DNA from: a virus
Lineage: Duplodnaviria; Caudoviricetes
IMG/VR virus record: IMGVR_UViG_3300033565_000017
Coordinates: 1 to 41,686 of that record
DNA length: 41,686 nucleotides
Reading direction: 5' to 3' (one strand)
In this document: one piece after another, positions 23,701 through 33,319 of the stretch
How the letters are laid out: each line of letters opens with the position of its first letter
Numbering within the stretch: position 1 is the first letter of the stretch
Translations under genes and position numbers: made by a program
The notes under the pieces: generated by a model
Seen by the model: only the letters and a program-made list of their open reading frames with translations
Database searches by the model: none
What the model was told of the DNA's origin: nothing

Positions 23701-26700
23701 GGAGCTGCTTGTTCTGGCGGAGGTCCGGCTTGGCGAGATCAAGCAGGGTCTCGAAGGCGTCGCGGTATTCCCTGACCAGCGAGTCCTCGAGCGCGTCGTC
23801 GGCATCGGCGATGAGGCGGATGAGGGCGTTGATGGTGCCGCGCTCGGTGCTGGCCTCGGTGAGGTCGGCGATGGAGAAGCGGAGGCGGGCGCGGGCGTCG
23901 GGCGGGAGCGCGTCGCGGATGGCGTTGGCCTCGGTGATGGCGTCGCGGATGCGGTTGCGCTCACGTTCCGCGTCGGTCTGGTCGAGGGCGGCGTTGCGCT
24001 TGGAGTCCCTAGCGATGAGGGTGAGGGCGGCGAGGCGGTTGCGGAGGCGTTCGTAGTATTCGGCGCGCTCGTCGGGGCCCTGGGTGGCGAGCTTGGTGAG
24101 GGTGTTGTCGAGGGTGAGCAGGCCTTTGAGGGAGAGGGCGAAGGTGGCTGCGCCGTCATTGGTTGACTGGTCACTGGTCATTGGTGAGAGGTTGACGGGC
24201 TGGCCGTTTTCCTCGGTGATGGTGATGTCGTTGTGGTCGAAGATGACGTAGTTGTAGGTTCCTTGGCCGTTGGATCGGCTGGCCCCGTCGAGGAATCGGA
24301 TTCCGCGGATGCCTGCTTTTAGCAGTTTCTTGCTCAGTTTCTCTGGTGTTCCAGCCAGCAGGGTCGCGCCGTTCACCACTTGCCAGACGCCTGTAATTGG
24401 CGGAAGCGTTGGATTGGTTGACCAGTCGGCAGCGACGGCTTTGATGAATGGCTTCAGTGCAGTTCGCGTCTTTTCTGGTAGATCATCGATGGAGGAATCG
24501 AAATCGAGCAGGTCCTCGTCGGAGACGTTGATGGTGACGGTGTATAGGTTGCCAACTGGCGACCCAGAAAAAACGTCGCGCTTTGTCCATGATTCCAGAA
24601 TTGCTAAAACCTCCGGCGACTCTGCCTTTTCTCGGGCTGTATCCAATGCGCTTTGAAATAAGCGAGCTGGCCCAGAGCTTGATTTTGCCACATAAAAAGC
24701 CGCAATTTCTTCAGGAGTTTCGGCAATTTTTTGTGGACGATATTTAGCAATTTCAGATCCATCTTTGCGATCATAAATTGAAGTCCCCCCCAAGTTAGCT
24801 GAAAGTCGGTTTTTATATTCCTCCCCGACTTCCTTTGCCTCCGCAAAGTAGAGGCCCCATCCGTAGGCCTGGGCGCCTTCACCGGTGCCGATTTTGTCGG
24901 TGGTGAAGCGGTCCACCTTGTGGGGGGTGCCATGGTAGGCGGAGATTGCGAAGGTGGCCTTGCCGATGACGGTGGGAGATCCGGGAGCGCCCGGATAGAC
25001 GGTGGTGGCAGGGCTGGGGGTGATGGTGGTGCGGCCGACTGAGAAAGTCGGTTCGCCGAAGTCCGGGGCTTGTACGCCGTATTGGGGTTTGCCGTAGGCG
25101 ATGGAGAGTTCGAGTGCTTCGAGCATTTCCGCGGGGGTGTCGAAGCTGAATCCCTCGGCGTTGATGATGCGGCGGAGTTGGTCGAGATCCTCGGTCTGGC
25201 CGATGGGGAGGAAATAGGCGTTGGCCTCGTTGGTGCGGTTGATCTGGTGGCCCTTGGCATTCTTGGCGCGGGTCGGGCGGACCAGGGATTCGTAGATGCG
25301 GCGGATCTCACCGGCGAATGGCAGGCGGTTCTGCGCCATGGTGGCCGGGTGGGGCAGGCGGCCTTTCAAGACCTGGGAGATTTCCGGGAAGCCTTCCATG
25401 GCCTCGGCGGCAAGCTGGGCCTCCATTTGCTGGCGGAGGCGTTCCTCGCGGGCTTGGTCGTTGATGCCGGTGGCATCGGCGAGCTTGGCGGTGAGACGGG
25501 CGGGCATGGTGCCTGCGGCGATGGCGGCGCGGAGATCGGCGGCGGTGCGGAGATCGCCGATGACTTCGGAGGCGGTGGATTTCGAGACATCGACGATGGA
25601 GGCGGCGTAGGCGGTGACCATTTCCGCCCATTGGCGGACGGATTCGGGGAGGGTGCCGGCGCGGACCTGGGAGAAGAGATAACCGCGGGCGAGCTTGGAA
25701 AAGGCCTCCACCAGCGGGAGCGAGTCCTCGGGGGTGTAGTCGTAGCCGGCGGGGAGCAGGGTGCGGCCGGTGGAGGTTTCATAGGCGCGGATATCCTCCT
25801 GGATCTGGTAGGGGGAAACCAGCGATTCCTCGATGGAGCGTTTCAGGACGGTCTCGGCAAGGTCTTCTACGATGTCGGAGATGGTATGGCCTTGGAAGAG
25901 CTGCACGGTCCAACCGACAACCTTGCCGCCGATCATGCGGGCGACCGACTTGGCGCGGATGGAGAGATCGGAGAGGGAGACGGCACCGGGTTTCAGGTTG
26001 CGGTCGTGCAGGAACATGCGGAAGCGGGCGTCGATGCGGCCCATGATGTCCTTGGCCTTGGCGGCGGAGTCGGCCGCATCGCGCTTGCCGGCGACGGTGG
26101 TGGCGGTGATGGCCTGCTTTTCCGCTTTCTTGAGATCCGCCTCGGCGCGGTCCTTGTCGGTCTGGAGGTTTTCGGCGCGGCCGGTGTCCTCCACATCGAT
26201 CCCCTCGGCGGCCTGACCCTCGGTGGTGAGGGATTCGATGTAGTCCGGCTCGGCGGCCTCGTTGACTTTGGCGATCGCGTCGAATGGGAGTTGGTCGGAC
26301 CACTGGCGGAAGGCCTCGAGGGCGGCGTCCTCGGTGGCCTGCCTGGTGCGGCGGGCGGTTTCGGGATCGGGGAAGAGATACTGGTCATCGTCTGTGAACT
26401 CGTTGGGCCCGGTGGAGATCACGGGCATGCCGGCATCGGCGCGAAGCTGGGCCTGTTCCTTGAGGATGGCGACGGCGGCCTGGCGCTTCTGTGCGAGGTC
26501 GGCCTCCTGCTCGGGCGTGAGGGTTGCGGCGCGGGCCTGGGCGGCGGAGAAGGCTGTTTCCAGCGCTTGCTGGGCGGTCTCGGGCGTGGTGGCTGCAAAG
26601 ACGGCTTGGGATTCCTCCGGGGTGAAGCCGGCGGCCTGGTGGAGTGCGGCGTGTTTGAGGTAGAATGTGCCGTTGCGGATGTGCTGGACGCTGGCGATGC

Positions 26701-28405
26701 CTCCGGCAAGCATGGCGAAGGGGGCGATGGCGGTGAGCGTTTCGATGGACTGTTCGGAGTTTCCGGGAATCCAGTCCTTGAAGAATTTCCCCCATTGGTA
26801 GTCCGGCTTGATGCCGGAGAATTCCGCGGCGAGGCCCTGCAGGGTTTTGTCGATGGTGTCCTGGGCGACTTCCTCGGTGTATTCGGTGCCTTCCGCAGCG
26901 GCGATGCCGAGCGCCCCGCCGATGGTGGCGCGGCCGAAGCGCGATTGAACGCCGGCGCGGTTGAGCAGGTTGGTGAGGGTTGGGACGCGACCGGTGGCGA
27001 GGCGGAGGCCGAGGCGGGTGAACATGGTTTCCGCGGCGGACTGGGCGAGGCCGGAGGTGAGGCCGGCCATGTATTGGGCGCGCTTGTCGCCGGTGGGGTT
27101 CTCGATGGCTGCGCGCTGGATCGACTGGCCGGCCATGGGAGCAGCCATGGTAATGAGGCCGTAGGGGGTGACGGCGAGGGCGGTGTAGGGCAGGGACGGA
27201 GCAAACCAGAGGGCGGCGCGCTGCATGAAGGTGTCCGACGCCTTGTTAAGATCGAGCGGGGAGCCTTTGCCGGAAAGGACGTCTTTGAGTTCGGCGACTT
27301 TGGTGCGGAGATTGGTGGTGGTTTCGAGATCGTCCTTGGTGCGGTCGAGCGGGGAGCCGGGGGCGGGCTGGGAGTCGGCGAGGGTGCGGGTAATGGTGGC
27401 GTAGCCGAGTGCCTTGGTGCCTTCGGCGATGGAATTGAGACCGCGCTCGATGCCGTCGAGGATGCGGATGGCGGCGGGGCGGTCGTCCTCCGGGAGCTTG
27501 GAGAGTTCCACGCCGATGAGGGCGAGGGACAGGGCCCGCTCGCTGCGGTCGTCGGGCAGGTTCTCCGCCATGGAGACGACAAGCTGGCGGATGGCGGTCT
27601 CGCGGGAGGTGGCGGCGCCGGGATCGGTGGTGGCGATGGATTGCACCGTGTTGCGGACGGACTCGACGGCGGGCATGAGGCGGCGTCGGGCGTCCAGTGC
27701 CTCGCGTCGGGCTGCAGCGAGGGATTCCCGGGCGGTGGTGCGGGTGCGCTCCGGGAGGGCGGCAAGGTGGGTGTTCCAGGCTGAGAGGTCGGTGGGTTCG
27801 CCGGTGAGCAGGGTTTTGAATTGGTCGGAGGCGAATTGGCGGGTGGCGTGGGCGGCGTTGTCGTCCTCCTGGTGGCGGGTGCGGATGGTGCTGTAGAAGG
27901 TGGCGTCATCGACGATTCCCTTGATGCCTAGGAATTTGTTGGCGTAGGCCTGGCGGGTGAGGTGGTAGCTTTCGCCTTCGAGCGGTCGGCCGGTGACGGT
28001 GGAGAGGAATGCCTTGTTGGCCTCGGTCTGGCGGAAGAGTTCCGGGTTGTCGGTGAGGGCGGCGGCGGAGTTGATGCGGTCGAGATCGGCGGCGGGGAGG
28101 AATTCTTCGAAAGGCTTGGTGTGGAGGTTTTTTAAAAAATCGTCGCGGGTCTTGTTGGCGGCGGCGGTGCGGGTGGGGAAGAGGGTGAGATTGCGGGCGC
28201 GGCGGTGGGTGGCGTAGTTCTCCAGGGTGGCGCGGTCATCGGCCTGGCGTGAGCGTAGGAGGTCGAAGCGGAGGCGGGTGGGTTCGTCGGCCGGGGTGGC
28301 GACATCGAGGGCGGTGAGGGTTTCCAGGTTGGTGAGTGCGGCATAGGCGGCGTCCTCGTCGGGGACGGTGAAGGGCGAGGCCTGGGGAGGTGTGGGCAGG
28401 GGCAT
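20753..28405 (-). CDS. Large internal virion (ejection) polyvalent protein, 2550 aa
   Basis: Last and largest of the three ejection-protein genes; mostly helical; contains an ART-like domain (AYHGTPH...GEGAQAYGWGLYF). Confidence 0.85.
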   Translation of the reverse strand: MPLPTPPQASPFTVPDEDAAYAALTNLETLTALDVATPADEPTRLRFDLLRSRQADDRATLENYATHRRARNLTLFPTRTAAANKTRDDFLKNLHTKPFEEFLPAADLDRINSAAALTDNPELFRQTEANKAFLSTVTGRPLEGESYHLTRQAYANKFLGIKGIVDDATFYSTIRTRHQEDDNAAHATRQFASDQFKTLLTGEPTDLSAWNTHLAALPERTRTTARESLAAARREALDARRRLMPAVESVRNTVQSIATTDPGAATSRETAIRQLVVSMAENLPDDRSERALSLALIGVELSKLPEDDRPAAIRILDGIERGLNSIAEGTKALGYATITRTLADSQPAPGSPLDRTKDDLETTTNLRTKVAELKDVLSGKGSPLDLNKASDTFMQRAALWFAPSLPYTALAVTPYGLITMAAPMAGQSIQRAAIENPTGDKRAQYMAGLTSGLAQSAAETMFTRLGLRLATGRVPTLTNLLNRAGVQSRFGRATIGGALGIAAAEGTEYTEEVAQDTIDKTLQGLAAEFSGIKPDYQWGKFFKDWIPGNSEQSIETLTAIAPFAMLAGGIASVQHIRNGTFYLKHAALHQAAGFTPEESQAVFAATTPETAQQALETAFSAAQARAATLTPEQEADLAQKRQAAVAILKEQAQLRADAGMPVISTGPNEFTDDDQYLFPDPETARRTRQATEDAALEAFRQWSDQLPFDAIAKVNEAAEPDYIESLTTEGQAAEGIDVEDTGRAENLQTDKDRAEADLKKAEKQAITATTVAGKRDAADSAAKAKDIMGRIDARFRMFLHDRNLKPGAVSLSDLSIRAKSVARMIGGKVVGWTVQLFQGHTISDIVEDLAETVLKRSIEESLVSPYQIQEDIRAYETSTGRTLLPAGYDYTPEDSLPLVEAFSKLARGYLFSQVRAGTLPESVRQWAEMVTAYAASIVDVSKSTASEVIGDLRTAADLRAAIAAGTMPARLTAKLADATGINDQAREERLRQQMEAQLAAEAMEGFPEISQVLKGRLPHPATMAQNRLPFAGEIRRIYESLVRPTRAKNAKGHQINRTNEANAYFLPIGQTEDLDQLRRIINAEGFSFDTPAEMLEALELSIAYGKPQYGVQAPDFGEPTFSVGRTTITPSPATTVYPGAPGSPTVIGKATFAISAYHGTPHKVDRFTTDKIGTGEGAQAYGWGLYFAEAKEVGEEYKNRLSANLGGTSIYDRKDGSEIAKYRPQKIAETPEEIAAFYVAKSSSGPARLFQSALDTAREKAESPEVLAILESWTKRDVFSGSPVGNLYTVTINVSDEDLLDFDSSIDDLPEKTRTALKPFIKAVAADWSTNPTLPPITGVWQVVNGATLLAGTPEKLSKKLLKAGIRGIRFLDGASRSNGQGTYNYVIFDHNDITITEENGQPVNLSPMTSDQSTNDGAATFALSLKGLLTLDNTLTKLATQGPDERAEYYERLRNRLAALTLIARDSKRNAALDQTDAERERNRIRDAITEANAIRDALPPDARARLRFSIADLTEASTERGTINALIRLIADADDALEDSLVREYRDAFETLLDLAKPDLRQNKQLRGRLTPETQRLVGRILAITSLTPEEHYAATTAVEAAIQDLHSRTPASPEEANAMQAQLIENEIQRSFLQTFGPWSKLDAAQLSQAYQQLQNIYSKGRTQRVMLDEARREELKAAKSELLNTLPEVDQPTHTDKMHSRSLAMMADATRLAMSSFHQVMEYLFPNSLTARDTQDRVRKADRSYTWAKIRARERFDAFTYGIWNLTGPGRRRARNQILHKITTLRTDWNIQLKEGVTSEKMAMTEEQAVAILNGTMKPGWETDPIAMMSLSQALADFRMQRLKAQNEARAFTAKTIRFSRLKSRGTPAPFHASELEAAYYLQLWAQEQYRPALDKFGFTDDVIRQIESKLSTPALDLIEFMREEYDAEWNRLNPVYQAIYGMDMPKIRNYAPGSFEHLDAKAGGATIDPYGDSNPVNAMSAGFTKARTHHTARPKQQNALAAYWSHLEATEYFIAYAELMRDMRIIFRSPELRRRIEGLHGKDIANLFSQWLDALEVDGSFRAANVGFLADLGAKMLATQSAVGLAFNIGVLFKQIPAIFGVMLDTYDTKTALSGIIRAITRPETLKAVWNSEAIQQRILAGISPEDRKLMQAGAASPSDIILLLEYGRLPIAYADAFFSSISGAAAYEIAYTQATKAKLPEATARDHALATAARVIERTAQPATTQDKSMAEITAKGLQRFLFLFKSDPRQKLAITAAAVADWTRGRITGKTALRKLIWGWAIYGISNEVWSDVWAGISRDDDDEDRWSWRDYLAAMIVGPLSGLPIYGQTFEYFIRSTVGTRAYSSVGSPMESGATRIIPQTKKILKAIANDKETDATVNDYLTTAQQIAASFGLLAGSFDPRAAAVPAMLRLVRDAEGAVANTVDVFTRDDLETTTLDLIREASADDKKTRDGTTATNDALAKELAALPKDQRAARLARLPATQRTAIRSRLRAADMTPAEAALSRLSKEARAAVIVKIVSTLTDSERETYLQRLKDLGLSD

Positions 28406-28413
28406 GGCGGGCG

Positions 28414-29877
28414 CTATTTGGGAGGGAGCAGTGCGGCGGAGGCGGCGGAAGATCCTGCGGGGAGGCCGAGGATGGCGGTGGTGCGGGGATCAAATGATAC
28501 CGGCGGCGGGACGGGCGGGAGGGTGATGAGCGGTTTGCCATCGGTGACGGCCTTGCCGGAGGCGGTGGTGATGAAATCGCGGATCTTGGTGTAATCGTCG
28601 TCCGGGTGCTCGGAGATATATTTGGCGACTTCCACCCGGATATTTTCGAAGCGGGCGTAGGCGTCCTTGGCGGATTTGGATTTGGGGTCGGTGATGTCGC
28701 CGAGCAGGCCGTCGTCGTAGGCCTTCTTGATTCGCTGGGTGGCGAGGCTGGTGTATTCGGCGCGGCGGGCGGCGGGCAGTTTCTCGGTGGTGGGGGTGTC
28801 CCGCTCGATGGAGCGGTTGGCGGGTGAGCGATAGGAAAGTTCCTGCGAGATGTCGCCTTGGTAGCCCTTTGGGAGTAGGGACATTACCTGGGTTCGGGTG
28901 TCGTTCCAACGGGCGGCATATTCGGCATCGGTGACGGCCGGGTCTTTGGAGGAATCGCGGAGGGCGAATAGCAAGTCCCATGCCTGGGCGTGTTGGGAAG
29001 TGTCCGGCGGGGTGTTGCGGGCCATGGCATTTTTGACGGCGGAGCGGTCCTTGGCGGTGATGTATTGGGCGGCCTCGAGGTCTGCCGGGGTGAGTTGGTC
29101 GGCATCGAGCGCGGACTCGATCAGGTCCAGTTCCTCGGCGCGCTTGGACTGGACGGCGGAGAGGGCGGCGCGGCGGATGCGCGGGAGGTCGTCGGCGGAG
29201 AGATTGGGGAAGCGGGTGCGGAAGTCGTCCTTTTCAAGATCCTCCAGGACAAGCGATGGTTCCTCGGCGAGTGCGGCGTCGATCTGGGTGAGCGAGAGGT
29301 CGCGCTCGAAGGTGGTGAAGACAGGGGCGGTTTCCTCGGGAAGGATAATCCCGGAATCGACGGCGGTTTTGAGGGCGGCCTCGAGTTGGGGACGGTCGAG
29401 GTTCTGGCGGGCGGCTGCGATTTCGTTCTCGAAGGTGGCTTTGGCGCGGCGCTGGGTGAGGTCTGCGGATTCCTTGGTCTGGCGGATGACGGCTTCGGTG
29501 GCGAAGGTGTCGAAGTATGAGGTGAGTTCGTCGACCACGGCCGGCGGGGCGTCGGCAGGGGCGAGGGATGACTGGGCGCGGCCGAGGAATTCGCGGGTCT
29601 TGTTGATGCGTGATGCCGGGTCCAAATCAGTCTGCAAATCGATCTGGTGTTGCGAATAGGCGAGGGCGAGGTTCTGGCGGGCCTGTGAGATGGTCCTAGC
29701 GTTCTCCATCTTCTGGATCTGGAGCGCGTGGGATGCGAACTGGTCGGAGACGGATGCGATGGACTGGGCGACATTGCCGAGGGCGACGCCCTGGGCGGCG
29801 GCGACGCGGATGGATGCCTGCGGGGCGTCGATCTGGGCGGATGGCTGGCCGGGGATGTCCGGGAGGCGGATTGGCAT
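28414..29877 (-). CDS. Internal virion protein (T7 gp15 position), 487 aa
   Basis: Position in the module and helical composition. Confidence 0.7.
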   Translation of the reverse strand: MPIRLPDIPGQPSAQIDAPQASIRVAAAQGVALGNVAQSIASVSDQFASHALQIQKMENARTISQARQNLALAYSQHQIDLQTDLDPASRINKTREFLGRAQSSLAPADAPPAVVDELTSYFDTFATEAVIRQTKESADLTQRRAKATFENEIAAARQNLDRPQLEAALKTAVDSGIILPEETAPVFTTFERDLSLTQIDAALAEEPSLVLEDLEKDDFRTRFPNLSADDLPRIRRAALSAVQSKRAEELDLIESALDADQLTPADLEAAQYITAKDRSAVKNAMARNTPPDTSQHAQAWDLLFALRDSSKDPAVTDAEYAARWNDTRTQVMSLLPKGYQGDISQELSYRSPANRSIERDTPTTEKLPAARRAEYTSLATQRIKKAYDDGLLGDITDPKSKSAKDAYARFENIRVEVAKYISEHPDDDYTKIRDFITTASGKAVTDGKPLITLPPVPPPVSFDPRTTAILGLPAGSSAASAALLPPK

Positions 29878-29889
29878 GATGGGGGTGGG

Positions 29890-30372
29890 TTAGAAGGTGC
29901 CGTAGTATTTGCCTTGCTGGTACTGGCCGAAGGCGGAGGCGGCTCCGCCGACGGCGGTGGCGAGCATGTTGGTGCGGGTGGCGGCGGCCATGGTATCGGC
30001 CTCCCAGAGTCCCATGCGGCCCTTGGCTCGGAGCGAGGCGGCCTGCATGGCGGTGGAGCGGGCGGCATCGGCAATCGAGGTTTCCATGCGGGCGGCGGAT
30101 TCCCCCATGAGAAGCAGGGGTGCGCCGGTGGTGGATTGGGTGCCGCCGGCGGCGAGGCGGGCGCGGAGTTCGGAGAGGGAGGATCGGTTGCGGCGGCGCT
30201 GGCGGGCGATGCCCTCCATGGTCTGGGCCTCGAGGTTTTTGGCCTCGGCGGCGGCGAGGGCGTTGTTGTAGGCGGCGGCCTGCTGCTGCGCCTTGGCCTG
30301 GCTGTTCTGGCCGTAGATGGAGAGGCCGGTGGAGGCGACGGAGCCGACAAGTCCTAATGCTGCGAGTCCCAT
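29890..30372 (-). CDS. Internal virion protein (T7 gp14 position), 160 aa
   Basis: Hydrophobic N-terminus followed by AKAQQQAAAYN; Ala/Gln-rich. Confidence 0.75.
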   Translation of the reverse strand: MGLAALGLVGSVASTGLSIYGQNSQAKAQQQAAAYNNALAAAEAKNLEAQTMEGIARQRRRNRSSLSELRARLAAGGTQSTTGAPLLLMGESAARMETSIADAARSTAMQAASLRAKGRMGLWEADTMAAATRTNMLATAVGGAASAFGQYQQGKYYGTF

Positions 30373-30375
30373 GGA

Positions 30376-30798
30376 TTAGAGTGGTTTGAAGAGTTGGGTG
30401 GTGGCGTCCTCGCCGCGGCGGTAGCCTTCGGATCGGAGGATGGCGAGAATGGTGGGATTGTTGAAGACGGCCATGACGGTCCAGTAGTTGAGTTCGCGGG
30501 CGTGTTCCTCGAGCGCGTGGATGCAGAGGATGAGGGCGGCGAGCGCCGGGGATGGGGCGTGTTCCGGGTTGGTGGCCATCCAGCCGAGCATGGCGACGCC
30601 TGAGCCGGTGGCGTCGAGGTACATGAAAGCGACGGCGACGGGGGTGTCGTTGATGGAGGCGATGAATCCGCAGCCGGGAAGGATCTCGCGGGGGGGCGAG
30701 TTCCCACTCCGCGCTGTCCACCAGGGAAAAACCCTGCTGAAAACCTCGGCGGACACGCGGCCGTCATTGTCCTTTTCGACCGGGCGGAGTGAGAACAT
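30376..30798 (-). CDS. GNAT-fold-like protein (T7 gp13 position), 140 aa
   Basis: MFSLRPV...PVAVAFMYLD..GVAMLGWMATNP...EGY. Confidence 0.7.
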   Translation of the reverse strand: MFSLRPVEKDNDGRVSAEVFSRVFPWWTARSGNSPPREILPGCGFIASINDTPVAVAFMYLDATGSGVAMLGWMATNPEHAPSPALAALILCIHALEEHARELNYWTVMAVFNNPTILAILRSEGYRRGEDATTQLFKPL

Positions 30799-30831
30799 GG
30801 CTGGATGGTAGTGCTTGGAAGTTGCTATTTG

Positions 30832-30846
30832 AATTGAAGTGGGGAA
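30832..30846 (-). promoter_or_regulatory. Conserved motif TTCCCCACTTCAATT (putative late promoter element)
   Basis: One mismatch to the other copies; upstream of the ejection-protein operon. Confidence 0.6.
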
Positions 30847-30847
30847 T

Positions 30848-33319
30848 TCACCGTTCTCCGGTGAGGTTCCAGAGGATGGTGGCGGAGCGGAGACAGAAAG
30901 GGGTGTGGCCGGTGTGGGTGATTTTGAGCTGCAGGTCGTCGCCGTGGCCGGCGTCGGGGATGACATCGGCCCAGCCGGTGAAGAGGGCGGTGCCGGTGCA
31001 GGCCGGGTAGCGGATGGATTGGGCGCGTGACTCGGCGAGGTTCCAAAGCTGTCCGCCTTGGGAGTTGTAGAGCGAGAGGGTGATTTTGGCGGGGCGTTTG
31101 AGGCGGGCCTGGGTGGTGCCGTCCTGGGCGGAGACATCGATGGGCAGGCCGATGAGACGGGAGTCGATGGGGAGCCCGACCTGGACGGCGGTGGAGGTGG
31201 CGAAGGTGAGCGGGCTGGCGGAGATGACGATTTCCTCGGCGTTGTCATTGGTGACAAGCTGGACGGCGGTGCCGATGAGATGGGCGGGGATGGCGATGGA
31301 GGTGCCGGTGGCCTGGATGCCGTCGAGGTGGAACCATCCGGAATCCGCTTCCGCGGCAGCCTGCCAACCTGCCGGGAAGCGTTCCAACGCGGAGGCGGTG
31401 CCACGGTCCACGATGAAAAAAACCGTGTCATCGCCGGAGTCGGAAGGGAAAACCACAACATCGCGGAAGAGACCGCCGGTGGTGGAGTGCTGCGACCAGG
31501 CGGCGAAGTCCTCCTGGCGCGAATAGGCGAAGTGGAGCAGGGCCCCGTCCCGGCGGACCAGCCAGAGGCCCGGGTTGCGGGTGGACTGCCAGGCGAAGCC
31601 GGAGATGCCGGGGGCGGTGAGGTGTTCGCCGAGGCGGGAGAGATCGGCGGCGCCGTAGGATTCGCGTGAGGCGTCGTAGGAGAGTTCGCGGAGACGGCCG
31701 CCGGCGCGCTCGGCGAAAAAGACGGCATCATTGGCGATGAGCGGCTGGATGGGCATGGAGCCGAACGCCGAGTATTGGCGGGCCATGAAGTTGAGCGGGG
31801 AGACCGGGGCCTCGGAGGTTTCGGATCCGATGACCCATTCCCCGAAGGCGGTGCCGACGTAGAGGCGGCGCTGGGAGGCGAGCCAGCGGATGGGGGATGA
31901 GTTGGACAGGGCGAGGCTGGCGAAGATCGCGTCGGCGGCATCGGTGCCGGTGGTGAAGTTGAGGTAGTCATCGGCCTGGGACGCCCAGATTGAGACGGGG
32001 TTGGCGGCGGTGCCTGCGAACCAGAGGCGGCCGTCGTGCATGGCCACGGCGCGGGGATAGCCGGTGAGTTGGGAGAATGCGCCGGGGGCGTAGCGGTAGG
32101 TGAAGCCGGAGAGGAAAGCGGTCTGGGTGGTGCCGGTGGCGAGGGTGTCGTCGCCGGCGTCGATGGCGGTGATGAGGATGTCCCCGGTGACGTAAATGGA
32201 TTCCGGGATGATGTAGGCCCCCTGGTCGCCGGAGGCCTGGGTGCTGGCGGCTTTCTCGTAGCGGAGCGCGAGGGCGACAAGCTCGTCCTCGGTGCCGGAG
32301 TCCGCGATGTTGCGGTCGCCCTGGGCGGTGTAGGCGCGGATGGTTTCGGCATCGGTGAGACCGATCGGATCGGCGTAGCGGAACACGGAAAAGGTTCCGT
32401 ACCAAGTGCCGTAGGTGAAGACGTTCCACGGGCCGCGGACCACGATGGGGGTGGAGAGGGTGAGGTCGTTGGCGATGATGGCCTGGAGCGACGTGCGCAC
32501 GTCGTCGATGGCGCGGGGCATGGTCACCCGGTAGTGGATGCCGGGGGATTCGGTTGGGATGGCGGCCGGGAAGGTGGGGGCGGAGTCGCCGGAGAGAATG
32601 ACGCGGATGGGGTGGCCGGCGTCGAACACGCGGCGTTTCCAAAAGGCGGCGGAGCCGGAGATGCCGGGGGTGTTGGCCCCGCTGCTGGTGTGGTCCTTGA
32701 TGCAAATCCATTCGGTGAGGTCCCGCTCGACGATTGATGCCACTGGTGAGGCGACGTAGGCGGTGGAGGTGAGCCATGCGTCCTCGGCGGGTTCGGACAA
32801 AACGGACATGACGGAATCCGGGTCCGTGTTCTCGTCCAGGACCGGGGCGGCGGTGAATGGGATGTGCTCCAGGGTCCAGGATGTATCGGAGGTGCGGGAG
32901 AGGCGGAGGGGGAAGGTGGCGGGGTGGGTGATGAAGGCGACGTCGTTGAGTTGGACAAGCTGGACGGCGCGGAGGTTGGTGAGGTAGTCGGTGGGATCGG
33001 CGAAGGTGTGGTCGGGGAGGAAATCAAGTTGGTCCTTGGTGCTGCCGTCCTCGCCGTAGATGGTGAGCAGGGTTTCGGTGAAGTGGAGGATGTAGCGGTC
33101 GCCGGTGGAGGCGATGAAGGGGAAGGCTGCGGAGTTCGCGCCGGCGGTCTCGGTGGCGGCGATCCATTCCAGGCCGGGGCGTTTGAGGGCGGCCCCGAAA
33201 ATGGATGGCAGAAAATTTCTCATTTCCTCCGCCCCCGCGGGGAGCTTGGAGAAATCGACGCGGTTTCTCAGGTACGGCGAAATCTCGCCGGCGTTGAAGG
33301 TGAGGATGGCCTGGTTCAT
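30848..33319 (-). CDS. Tail tubular protein B (nozzle), 823 aa
   Basis: TFNAGEISP...RNF...KRPG N-terminus; GYPRAVAMHDGRLWFAG; AAWSQH. Confidence 0.9.
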   Translation of the reverse strand: MNQAILTFNAGEISPYLRNRVDFSKLPAGAEEMRNFLPSIFGAALKRPGLEWIAATETAGANSAAFPFIASTGDRYILHFTETLLTIYGEDGSTKDQLDFLPDHTFADPTDYLTNLRAVQLVQLNDVAFITHPATFPLRLSRTSDTSWTLEHIPFTAAPVLDENTDPDSVMSVLSEPAEDAWLTSTAYVASPVASIVERDLTEWICIKDHTSSGANTPGISGSAAFWKRRVFDAGHPIRVILSGDSAPTFPAAIPTESPGIHYRVTMPRAIDDVRTSLQAIIANDLTLSTPIVVRGPWNVFTYGTWYGTFSVFRYADPIGLTDAETIRAYTAQGDRNIADSGTEDELVALALRYEKAASTQASGDQGAYIIPESIYVTGDILITAIDAGDDTLATGTTQTAFLSGFTYRYAPGAFSQLTGYPRAVAMHDGRLWFAGTAANPVSIWASQADDYLNFTTGTDAADAIFASLALSNSSPIRWLASQRRLYVGTAFGEWVIGSETSEAPVSPLNFMARQYSAFGSMPIQPLIANDAVFFAERAGGRLRELSYDASRESYGAADLSRLGEHLTAPGISGFAWQSTRNPGLWLVRRDGALLHFAYSRQEDFAAWSQHSTTGGLFRDVVVFPSDSGDDTVFFIVDRGTASALERFPAGWQAAAEADSGWFHLDGIQATGTSIAIPAHLIGTAVQLVTNDNAEEIVISASPLTFATSTAVQVGLPIDSRLIGLPIDVSAQDGTTQARLKRPAKITLSLYNSQGGQLWNLAESRAQSIRYPACTGTALFTGWADVIPDAGHGDDLQLKITHTGHTPFCLRSATILWNLTGER

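Noticed and set aside
25070-27784. 904-aa plus-strand ORF and similar long antisense ORFs (e.g. 37737..39233)
   Set aside because: Antisense shadows of high-GC minus-strand genes with no recognisable motifs.
30799-32352. Long Pro/Ser/Arg-rich N-terminal extensions in the ORF track (30376..32352, also 8412..9419, 11477..12523, 5827..6990)
   Set aside because: Off-frame read-through of neighbouring genes; at most the C-terminal segments after an internal ATG look like proteins.
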